Source: an uncultured Gammaproteobacteria bacterium (GTDB lineage: Bacteria; Patescibacteriota; Patescibacteriia; S139-126). Taken from it: a stretch of 64,000 nucleotides of DNA. The notes under the pieces are model-generated. The model was given only the letters and a program-made list of their open reading frames with translations. It was not told the DNA's origin and made no database searches. Positions within the stretch are counted from its first letter, which is position 1. Every line of letters begins with the position of its first letter. The position numbers were made by a program, and so were the translations under genes. The stretch spans positions 384,037 through 448,036 of the forward strand of contig CAZBLW010000001.1 of NCBI GenBank assembly GCA_964493305.1, given 5' to 3'. Positions 56,283-64,000 of the stretch are shown here, piece by piece.

Positions 56283-57731
56283 ATGCCAGCTGAACAAACA
56301 AAAATTGCCTCCAATACTACCTGGTTTACTTTGGCACTTATTTTGCAAAAAGTTATATCTTTTGTTTATTTTACCTACTTAGCCAGAGTTTTAGGAGCAG
56401 AGAACTTAGGTCAGTATGTCTTTGCTTTATCTTTTATAACTATTTTTTCCATAGTTGTAGATTTTGGCACCAATCATTTTATTACCCGTGAAGTAGCGAA
56501 AGATCTTTCCATCTCCCAAAAAATATTTAGCAATATTTTAGGTTTTAAGCTATTTAGCTCAATATTCTCTTTAACCTTAGTTTTTATTTTTACCAATATA
56601 TTAGGCTACTCTGCATTTACTGCCCAGTTAATTTATTTGGCTGGTATTTTGATGGTTATTGAATCATTTGTTTTATCTGCATATGCAATTATTCGTGGTT
56701 GGCACAACTTGAAATTTGAATCAATAGGTACGATTGGGGTGCAGTTAATTATTGTTATAGCCGGTATCGCGGTTTTACAATTTACAACCAATCTAATAGT
56801 CTTGTTTATTGTACTCATTGGTGCCAATTTTATAAATCTGATTTATGTTTTCTGCTTATTACATTTCAAATTAAAACTTAATTTTGATTTTTATTTTAAT
56901 TTTGATTACTGGCGTAAAATATTTTTAAGTATTTTACCTTTTGCTTTGGCAGCTGGTTTTACCAAGATTTATGCTGCTTTTGACCAGATTTTACTCTCTA
57001 AATTAGCTTCCAATGCTGCTTTAGGTTTTTACGCTGTTGCTTATAAACTAACTTTTGCTTTACAATTTTTTCCTTTGGCATTAGTTGCTTCTCTATATCC
57101 AGCTATGAGTACTTATTATACGCACGATCGAGTTATGCTCAATAAAGCTTTTACCAGAGCAGTTTATTACTTGATTGTCCTGACTATTCCACTTTCTTGT
57201 GGGATTATTTTTATGTCGGAAAAATTTATTTTATCCTTATATACCAGTGCTTATGCTGACTCAGTATGGCCTTTACAAATATTGATAGCTAGTTTGTTAT
57301 TTTTATTTTTAAATTTTCCTTTAGGATCATTATTGAACGCTGCTAATAAGCAAGCCAAGAATACTCTAAACATTGCTTTAGCTATGATTTTAAATATCGT
57401 TTTAAATTTGGCATTAATACCAAATTATCAAGCCGCCGGAGCTGCTTGGGCGTCTTTTATTAGTACTTTATTTTTATTTATTTTAAACAGTTTAGCCGTG
57501 AGAGGTTTGTTGAAAATCGATTTTGTTTATCTTATTAAAACTTTATTAAAAACATTTGTCAGCAGTGTGTTGATGTTGTTATTTATGCAGTTGCTAATTA
57601 CTCGCATTCACTGGTTGCTAGTGGCTCTGCTGGGTAGCTTGTTGTATTTAGTATTTCAAATAATCCTAGGCACAGTAACTAGACGCGATATAAACCAAAT
57701 AATTCAGGCTTTTTATAAGAAAAAGTTATGA
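56283..57731 (+). CDS. polysaccharide biosynthesis flippase (Wzx/MOP family)
   Basis: About 14 TM helices. N-terminal family conservation LALILQKVISFVYFTYLARVLG. Confidence 0.65.
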   Translation: MPAEQTKIASNTTWFTLALILQKVISFVYFTYLARVLGAENLGQYVFALSFITIFSIVVDFGTNHFITREVAKDLSISQKIFSNILGFKLFSSIFSLTLVFIFTNILGYSAFTAQLIYLAGILMVIESFVLSAYAIIRGWHNLKFESIGTIGVQLIIVIAGIAVLQFTTNLIVLFIVLIGANFINLIYVFCLLHFKLKLNFDFYFNFDYWRKIFLSILPFALAAGFTKIYAAFDQILLSKLASNAALGFYAVAYKLTFALQFFPLALVASLYPAMSTYYTHDRVMLNKAFTRAVYYLIVLTIPLSCGIIFMSEKFILSLYTSAYADSVWPLQILIASLLFLFLNFPLGSLLNAANKQAKNTLNIALAMILNIVLNLALIPNYQAAGAAWASFISTLFLFILNSLAVRGLLKIDFVYLIKTLLKTFVSSVLMLLFMQLLITRIHWLLVALLGSLLYLVFQIILGTVTRRDINQIIQAFYKKKL

Positions 57732-58834
57732 GAAAGACATTATTGATAACTCTTGATTATTGGCCCCACACTGGGGGAGTGGCTAATTATTGGTCTAGTC
57801 TAAATAAATATTTACCACCTCAGTTTTTTTCAATTTTAACGATCCCGTTTCCCGACAAAAATTTTGTTAACGAAAAAAATGTGATTAGAAAAAAAATACT
57901 TTTTGATTATTTTTGGCCACGATGGAGTAAATTAATTTTTATAATATTATCTTTAAAAAAAGTTAGTAATTTTTCAATTTTTATTGCCGGACAAATACTG
58001 CCTATTGGAACGGTATTATGGTTTTTGAAAAAAATTGGTTTAATAAAAATTTATTACGTATCGTGTCACGGTTATGATGTCATGCATTTACAGAGGAGGA
58101 AAAAACATTTAGCTAAACTTATTTTAAAATCAGCAGATAAGATAATCGTCAATTCAAATTTTACCCGACAACTTATAAATGACTTTTCGATTAATAATGA
58201 AAAAATTATCCTTATTTATCCTGGTCCCCAAGAGGCACTGATAAATTTAGCGAAACCAATAATCAGAAATAAAAAAACTGATAGTTTTAATATAATTACC
58301 GTAGCCCGGCTTGTAGCCAGGAAAGGAATTGATAAAGTAATTAGGTCTTTACCCCAAGTCGATAAAAAGTTGTCAGTTCAATACAATATAGTGGGAACGG
58401 GACCTGAAGAAAATAATTTAAAAAAACTGTCCCAACAAGTAACTCGACAGCTAAAGCAATCATCAATCAATTTTATCGGTAAAGTTGATAATGAAAAATT
58501 AGCTGATTTGTACAGACAACAAGACTTATTTATTATGCTCCCACAAAATTTAAATGGTGATATTGAAGGTTTTGGTATGGTTTATCTGGAGGCAGGTTTA
58601 TTTTGTTTACCAGTTATAGCTACAGCCAGTGGTGGCGTAAGTGAGGCCGTTAAAGATAAAATTACCGGCGTATTATTGTCGGAGTATGCTAAGATAGATG
58701 AAGTAGCTGAACAAATAATCACCTTACTTAGTAATCAGCAATTATTAGATTTATACGGTAAAAATAATTATCAATGGGCTAAAACTTTTAATTGGTCAGG
58801 GCAAGCTCAATTATTAATTAATTTAATGGTATAG
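57728..58834 (+). CDS. glycosyltransferase family 4
   Basis: EGFGMVYLEAGLFCLPVIATASGGVSEAV is the E-x7-E GT4 signature. Confidence 0.75.
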   Translation: MRKTLLITLDYWPHTGGVANYWSSLNKYLPPQFFSILTIPFPDKNFVNEKNVIRKKILFDYFWPRWSKLIFIILSLKKVSNFSIFIAGQILPIGTVLWFLKKIGLIKIYYVSCHGYDVMHLQRRKKHLAKLILKSADKIIVNSNFTRQLINDFSINNEKIILIYPGPQEALINLAKPIIRNKKTDSFNIITVARLVARKGIDKVIRSLPQVDKKLSVQYNIVGTGPEENNLKKLSQQVTRQLKQSSINFIGKVDNEKLADLYRQQDLFIMLPQNLNGDIEGFGMVYLEAGLFCLPVIATASGGVSEAVKDKITGVLLSEYAKIDEVAEQIITLLSNQQLLDLYGKNNYQWAKTFNWSGQAQLLINLMV

Positions 58835-58835
58835 C

Positions 58836-59537
58836 ATGATCTCCATAATTATTCCAACCTATAATCATCCTAAATTGTTATCTCGTTGCTTATTAGCAAT
58901 TAGGAGGCAGGTTTACAAAGATTATGAAATAATCGTGGTTAATGATGGTTCTGATGTAGATCTAAATAAAGTAATAAAAAAATTTCCGGAAGTAAAATAT
59001 TTTTCACAAGATCATCTGGGGGCACCGATTGCTAGAAATAAAGGTTTTGCTATGTCACAAGGTGAGTATGTTATTTTTTTGGATGATGATGTGATCATGT
59101 TTTCGGAAATGTTGTTGAAAATGAAAGAGGTATTAGATACACATTTAAATATTAGTTATGTATATTGCAGTTACCGTTTGGGATGGAAAAAAATAACTAG
59201 CCAAAATTTTTCTGAAAAAAAATTGCAGCAAATAAATTATATACATACTTCTTCACTAATACGACGTGATGATTTTTTTGGATTTGATGAAACTCTAAAA
59301 AAATTTCAAGATTGGGATTTATGGTTAAGCATGTTAAAACAAGGCAAAAAGGGTTATGCATTGAAAAATGAATATTACAAAATTATTAAACCTCGGCAAG
59401 GTCATATATCAACTTGGTTGCCAAGTTTTATGTATAAGCTACCTTGGCCAATTTTAGGTTGGACACCAAAGGTAATTGTTGATTACAATAAAAATCTAAA
59501 AATAATAAAAAATAAACATCAGTTATTTAATGATTAG
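58836..59537 (+). CDS. glycosyltransferase family 2
   Basis: SIIIPTYNHPKLL, VVNDGSD, FLDDD. Confidence 0.75.
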   Translation: MISIIIPTYNHPKLLSRCLLAIRRQVYKDYEIIVVNDGSDVDLNKVIKKFPEVKYFSQDHLGAPIARNKGFAMSQGEYVIFLDDDVIMFSEMLLKMKEVLDTHLNISYVYCSYRLGWKKITSQNFSEKKLQQINYIHTSSLIRRDDFFGFDETLKKFQDWDLWLSMLKQGKKGYALKNEYYKIIKPRQGHISTWLPSFMYKLPWPILGWTPKVIVDYNKNLKIIKNKHQLFND

Positions 59538-59652
59538 TCGATTAAAAACCAATTTAAACCTATATTTAGTGCGACTAAGTAAATAAAACTCCAATTTGGA
59601 GATTTTTTTAATAATTCTTTTTTTATTTAATAAAAAAGTGTAAAATTAGTAT

Positions 59653-60519
59653 ATGTCAAATATAGATTTATCAGTCATTATAGTCTCGTGGCGAGTAAAG
59701 GAATTGTTATTGATTACACTGAAATCATTATTTAAATCTGAAACAAATATTAATTTTGAGGTAATTGTTATTGACAACGCTTCCAATGATGGTAGCGTCG
59801 AAGCAGTCCGACTCAATTTCCCGAATGTTAAACTCTTAGCCAATGAAAAAAATTTAGGTTTTGCCGCTGCTTGTTGTCAAGGTGTGGATATATCTCAAGG
59901 TAAATATTTTTTGTTTTTGAATGATGACACCGAAGTTTTTCCAGATACTTTAGAAAAAATTTATAATTTTTTAACTAGCAAACCAAACCTAGGGGTTGTT
60001 GGGGGAAAGATATTAAATCCCGACTTAAGCACCCAGTCTTCAGTGCGCCGTTTTCCCCAAACAAAAGATTTGTTATTTATTCTTTTAAAACTACCACATA
60101 TTTTTCCTGCCTTGACTAACAATTATTTATACATCAATTTTAACTATGATGTACCAGCCAAAGTTGATCAGGTGATGGGAGCTTTTTTTGCTACCACTCG
60201 TGAGGTTTGGAACAAGTTAAATGGCTTTGATAAAAAATATTTTATTTGGTTTGAAGAAGTAGATTTTTGTTGGCGAGCAAAACAAAGCGGTTATGTAATT
60301 TATTATGAACCTTCAGCTCGAATTATTCATCACCGTGGCGCCAGTTTTAAGCAGTTACTCGCTTTACCCGAACAACGCTTATTTAATCGAAGTTTATTTT
60401 ATTATGTAAAAAAGAATATCAGCAAGTTTGATTATTATATATTAAAAATTTTTGAACCAGTTAGTATCTTGTTGGCCCTGATAGTACAATTACTGGAAAA
60501 AAATAAAAAAAATGTTTAA
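59653..60519 (+). CDS. glycosyltransferase family 2, WbbL/rhamnosyltransferase-like
   Basis: LSVIIVSWRV, VIDNASNDGS, FLNDDTE. Confidence 0.7.
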   Translation: MSNIDLSVIIVSWRVKELLLITLKSLFKSETNINFEVIVIDNASNDGSVEAVRLNFPNVKLLANEKNLGFAAACCQGVDISQGKYFLFLNDDTEVFPDTLEKIYNFLTSKPNLGVVGGKILNPDLSTQSSVRRFPQTKDLLFILLKLPHIFPALTNNYLYINFNYDVPAKVDQVMGAFFATTREVWNKLNGFDKKYFIWFEEVDFCWRAKQSGYVIYYEPSARIIHHRGASFKQLLALPEQRLFNRSLFYYVKKNISKFDYYILKIFEPVSILLALIVQLLEKNKKNV

Positions 60520-61996
60520 TCTATTTTTTGATAAAGATAAAATTTTATTTTATTTTGCTCTTATACTATTACTAGAAGTATTGTCTTTTTTTAGTTGGCA
60601 ATTTACAATTCTTCGGACAATTTTTTTTATTGTTATTGTTAGCTTAACAATTTATTTAACTTGGAAAAATTTAAACTACGGTTTACTTTTATCCGCCGGA
60701 GAATTGATTATTGGATCATTTGGTTATTTATTTAATATTGACTTATTTGGTTTAACAATTTCTTGGCGAATGTTAATATGGTTGATAATTATGTTTTTTT
60801 GGACTGGTAGGAAGATTTTGCAACCTCAGCTTTTTATAATTTTTTATAAAAACAATAAACCTATTATTTTGGCTTTTTTTGTTTTTTTCTTTTTTCTGTT
60901 TTTGAGCATTGTCCAAGGTTTATGGTCCAATATTAAACCGGATGTTTTATGGGATGCCAATGCTTGGTTTTATCTTGCTTTGTTACTCCCGTGGTTAGAT
61001 TTCAATAAAAAATATTTTAATGAATTATGGCAAATACTGATCGCAGCGGTGATTTGGCTTTTTATAAAAACCGCTGGTTTACTGTATTTATTTTCCCACA
61101 ATTTTTCCAATTTAAATGTCAATTTATACGATTGGATGAGAGACTATAGAATAGGTGAAATTACCTTTGCTGGAGGAAATTTTTGGCGCGTCTTTATCCA
61201 AAGTCAAAGCTTTGCACTATTTTTATCCCTGACAATTATTTATCTATTATGGCTTTTTTATAAGAAAAATTATTTTAAACAACATATTTATTCTTATGTA
61301 GTTTTAAGTTTAGCTTTGTCCGTAGTTTTAATGAGTTACTCTCGTTCTTTTTGGTTGGGTTTGGCCGGTGCTGGTTTTATTTTTATAGTTTATACTATAG
61401 TAAATAAACCAATGCTCAAGTTGTGGGTTAAATTTAGTTCAAAGCTATTTATATCTTTTATTATTTCGGTAGTGACAATTATATTAATAGTAAAATTTCC
61501 TTGGCCTCCTATTGAAGCCAACCAACAAATTTTATTTATCAATCGTTTAAAGAATCCTACTCAAGAGGCAGCGGGTAGTGCTAGAATCAATCAATTAAAA
61601 CCTTTATTTACTTCAATATTGTCTTCACCATTGGTTGGTCATGGTTTCGGCACCAAACTGACTTATCAAAGTACTGATCCTAGGATAGTGGCTAAGGGTG
61701 AAGATTTTGCAGCCAATTATAGTACTTATTCTTTTGAATGGGGTTATTTAGATATGCTGGTTAAGTTTGGCGTATTTGGTTTATTTGCCTATTTCTATTT
61801 ATTGTGGCTTATTTATCGACGAGCCTGGTTAAATGATAAAGAGCTGGCAGTTGCGTTTTTATTCGGTTTTATGGCAATATTAATTACTAATATTACTACG
61901 CCTTATTTAAATCATCCCTTAGGTATGGGTCTGATTTTTTGGCTAGTAGCTACGGGGAATAAATTATCTACAAACAATAATCATGTTACAACCTAA
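60512..61996 (+). CDS. O-antigen ligase/polymerase-like (Wzy_C domain) multi-TM protein
   Basis: About 12 TM helices. YSRSFWLGLAGAG and GHGFG loop region. Confidence 0.55.
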   Translation: MFNLFFDKDKILFYFALILLLEVLSFFSWQFTILRTIFFIVIVSLTIYLTWKNLNYGLLLSAGELIIGSFGYLFNIDLFGLTISWRMLIWLIIMFFWTGRKILQPQLFIIFYKNNKPIILAFFVFFFFLFLSIVQGLWSNIKPDVLWDANAWFYLALLLPWLDFNKKYFNELWQILIAAVIWLFIKTAGLLYLFSHNFSNLNVNLYDWMRDYRIGEITFAGGNFWRVFIQSQSFALFLSLTIIYLLWLFYKKNYFKQHIYSYVVLSLALSVVLMSYSRSFWLGLAGAGFIFIVYTIVNKPMLKLWVKFSSKLFISFIISVVTIILIVKFPWPPIEANQQILFINRLKNPTQEAAGSARINQLKPLFTSILSSPLVGHGFGTKLTYQSTDPRIVAKGEDFAANYSTYSFEWGYLDMLVKFGVFGLFAYFYLLWLIYRRAWLNDKELAVAFLFGFMAILITNITTPYLNHPLGMGLIFWLVATGNKLSTNNNHVTT

Positions 61997-63011
61997 AATT
62001 TCTATTATTATTACTACCTGGAATGGGGAAGCTTATATCGAAAGATGTTTGCAATCTATTTATCAACAAGATTTAGCTAAAACCACCAATCTTAAGCCCG
62101 AAGATTTCTTTGATTTGTTAATTATAGATAATAATTCCGGTGATCGTACTCTCAATATTATTGCCGATAAAATAACCCCGAATTTAAAAGTAGTTAAAAA
62201 TAAACAAAATATCGGTTTTGCCAAAGCCTATAATCAGGGCATTCACTGGACAAGTGGACGTTATGTTTTTGTTTTAAATCAAGATGTTTATTTAGATAAA
62301 AAATTCATAGCTGAAACAGTAAATTTTTTAGATTCATATCCAAAAGTTGCAGCTATCAATCCAGTTATCTTGCGTTGGCAAGATAGAAATAATGAAAATA
62401 CTGTTGATAGTTTAGGTATAAATTTTGATAAGAGTTTTAGATTTTTTAATCTTAGTGAAGGTAAAAATTATGAAAATCAGTCAGATATCAAACCAGTGTT
62501 TGGATTTACCGGCACGGCAGTAGTATTTCGCCGTAGCGCTTTATATGACGTTGCTTGGCAAAAACAATTTTTTGATGAATCATTTTTTTCTTATAAAGAG
62601 GATATTGATTTATCGTGGCGTTTGCGCTGGCGCAATTGGGATATTGTAAATCTACCTACCGCCGTAGCTTATCACAAAAGAACTGCCAAACAAACTCATG
62701 ATCATAAAAATTATTCTGGTTTAATCAAAAATTACAATAAGAAACCAAAATTTATAAATTTTTTATCTTATCGTAATCATTTGTACTGTTTAATTAAAAA
62801 TCTGAGTGGTATTATTTTTTTACACAATTTTTTTTATATTTTTTGGTATGAGTTTAAAAAAATATTTTTTTTGCTGTTTACGCATCCATCAATCTTATAT
62901 CGTTCCTGGTTTGATATTTTAAGAAATTATTCTGAATTAAGACAGAAAAGACATTTTATTTTTCAAAACAAAAAAATAAAGTCTAATGCACTACTTATAT
63001 GGCAAAAATAG
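61983..63011 (+). CDS. glycosyltransferase family 2, WbbL-like paralog
   Basis: ISIIITTWNGEAYIERCL, IIDNNSGDRT, DxD in LNQDVYLD. Confidence 0.7.
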   Translation: MLQPKISIIITTWNGEAYIERCLQSIYQQDLAKTTNLKPEDFFDLLIIDNNSGDRTLNIIADKITPNLKVVKNKQNIGFAKAYNQGIHWTSGRYVFVLNQDVYLDKKFIAETVNFLDSYPKVAAINPVILRWQDRNNENTVDSLGINFDKSFRFFNLSEGKNYENQSDIKPVFGFTGTAVVFRRSALYDVAWQKQFFDESFFSYKEDIDLSWRLRWRNWDIVNLPTAVAYHKRTAKQTHDHKNYSGLIKNYNKKPKFINFLSYRNHLYCLIKNLSGIIFLHNFFYIFWYEFKKIFFLLFTHPSILYRSWFDILRNYSELRQKRHFIFQNKKIKSNALLIWQK

Positions 63012-63781
63012 ATCTATCTATAATAATACTCAATTTTCGTTCGGCAGGTTTAGTTAAACAGTGTTTAAAAGGTTTAACCAATCATATAACGAACCTAAAT
63101 TATGAAGTAATCGTAGTTGATAATAATTCTGGTGATAATTTAAAAAATTTAGTGAATTTATACCCCGCAGTTAAATTTATTTTTTTACCGCACAATAAAG
63201 GTTTCGCTGCGGGTAACAACGTTGGTATCAAGAATTCTCAGGGTGATTTAATTTTAATTTTAAATCCCGACATCGCCGTGTTAACTGGTTCTATTGAAAA
63301 AATGGTCGACTATCTATCGACTCATAATAGTGTCGGGATGGTAGTGCCTCAATTGTTAAATCCAGATAAAACAATCCAATCTTCTGTTATGCGTTTTCCT
63401 AAATGGTGGTTACCAATTTTAAGAAGAACTTTTTTTGGTAAATTAAATTGGTCACAAAAATGGTTAGATTGGTATTTGTACAAAGATTGGAATCATCTGA
63501 ATCAACAAACAATCGATTGGGCCTTGGGTGCTTGTTTGTTGGTCAAACGTACAGCCGTTGATCAAGTCGGTTTATTTGATGAACGGTATTTTTTATATGT
63601 TGAAGACACCGATTGGTGTCGTCGTTTTTGGGAACACAATTGGGAAATTGTTTATTTGCCAGAAGCAAAAATGGTACACTATCATATGCGTGAGTCTGCT
63701 GAGAATTTTTTTGCTAAACTCAATTTTATCCACTTTGCATCTTGGCTTAAATATTTTTGGAAGTTTAGAAATAACAATTAA
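62999..63781 (+). CDS. glycosyltransferase family 2, WbbL-like paralog
   Basis: LSIIILNFRSAGLVKQCL, VVDNNSGDN, YVEDTDWC. Confidence 0.7.
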   Translation: MAKIDLSIIILNFRSAGLVKQCLKGLTNHITNLNYEVIVVDNNSGDNLKNLVNLYPAVKFIFLPHNKGFAAGNNVGIKNSQGDLILILNPDIAVLTGSIEKMVDYLSTHNSVGMVVPQLLNPDKTIQSSVMRFPKWWLPILRRTFFGKLNWSQKWLDWYLYKDWNHLNQQTIDWALGACLLVKRTAVDQVGLFDERYFLYVEDTDWCRRFWEHNWEIVYLPEAKMVHYHMRESAENFFAKLNFIHFASWLKYFWKFRNNN

Positions 63782-63805
63782 AAATATGGCTAATTTTAGC
63801 GTAAA

Positions 63806-63834
63806 ATTGACAATTTAGTCATATCAGAGTAAAA
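63806..63834 (+). promoter_or_regulatory. sigma70-type promoter TTGACA-N17-TAAAAT upstream of mreB
   Basis: Perfect -35, 17-nt spacer, 5/6 -10. Confidence 0.5.
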
Positions 63835-63886
63835 TAGTTATGTTTATATTTAGATTGATAATTATTGCAAAATTGTATTAAATATT

Positions 63887-64000
63887 ATGTTTGTAAAAAA
63901 AATAGGTATTGATTTAGGCACCACTTATTCGTTGGTTCATTTACCTAAAAGAGGGATTGTTATAAATGAACCTTCCGTAGTAGCCGTCTCTAAAATTGAT
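63887..64000 (+). CDS. mreB: rod shape-determining protein MreB (actin homolog), 5-prime partial at window end
   Basis: [31 protein letters not shown]. Confidence 0.8.
   Translation, partial: MFVKKIGIDLGTTYSLVHLPKRGIVINEPSVVAVSKID

Noticed and set aside
1-64000. CRISPR arrays or large repeats
   Set aside because: No series of 25-40-nt direct repeats with unique spacers is visible. Only short simple repeats occur, such as (ATT)6 at about 20262-20280 and AAAATTA x3 at about 46806-46836.

Overview
This 64 kb window is low-GC, densely packed, almost entirely plus-strand chromosome with many overlapping start/stop codons. It looks like a small-genome bacterium of the Candidate Phyla Radiation (Patescibacteria). 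The evidence for that placement is a form II/III RuBisCO in an operon with an AMP phosphorylase and a ribose-1,5-bisphosphate isomerase (the archaeal-type AMP salvage pathway), a short RpoA lacking the alpha-CTD, a type IV pilin, tandem cofactor-independent phosphoglycerate mutases, and many secreted hypotheticals. The main blocks, in order, are listed here.
- 120-6389: a translationally coupled four-gene enzyme cassette (nitroreductase/SagB-like, ThiF E1-like, Glu/Leu/Phe/Val dehydrogenase, PaaK/F390-synthetase-like adenylating enzyme) fused in an operon with an orphan multi-TM histidine kinase.
- 6434-6652: a 41-aa poly-Asp/Glu micropeptide with its own promoter and terminator.
- 7631-13766: a lower-glycolysis block pgk-(pilin)-eno-gpmI-gpmI.
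- 13809-17659: pcm, manC, mltG.
- 17788-20104: two large secreted proteins.
- 20395-21904: two overlapping small ORFs, then rplJ-rplL behind a consensus promoter and leader.
- 21944-24079: a 711-aa membrane protein on the minus strand.
- 24753-26346: rsuA-like, tsaB, rimI-like.
- 27349-32398: a dcw cluster (mraZ-rsmH-ftsL-ftsI-murF) with MraZ-box repeats, then tRNA-Glu.
- 33256-37839: DUF389, tandem DsbA-like oxidoreductases, PGI/PMI, bcp.
- 37907-42419: a candidate novel module: a consensus promoter, then a protein carrying only sigma-70 region 4 plus an unknown domain, then a single-TM membrane protein, then a soluble VirD4/TraD/HerA-like ATPase with a C-terminal zinc ribbon.
- 42423-46758: the AMP salvage/RuBisCO operon with an embedded HAD hydrolase.
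- 46845-50571: uppP, mnmA, and a C-terminally truncated alaS.
- 52278-56208: the infA-rpmJ-rpsM-rpsK-rpsD-rpoA-rplQ-rplM-rpsI operon.
- 56283-63781: a cell-surface glycan cluster (Wzx flippase, GT4, five GT2 including three WbbL-like paralogs, O-antigen-ligase-like protein).
- 63887-64000: the start of mreB.
I found no CRISPR array, transposase or integrase. Several consensus TTGACA-N16/17-TGnTATAAT promoters and many intrinsic terminators are readable directly from the sequence.
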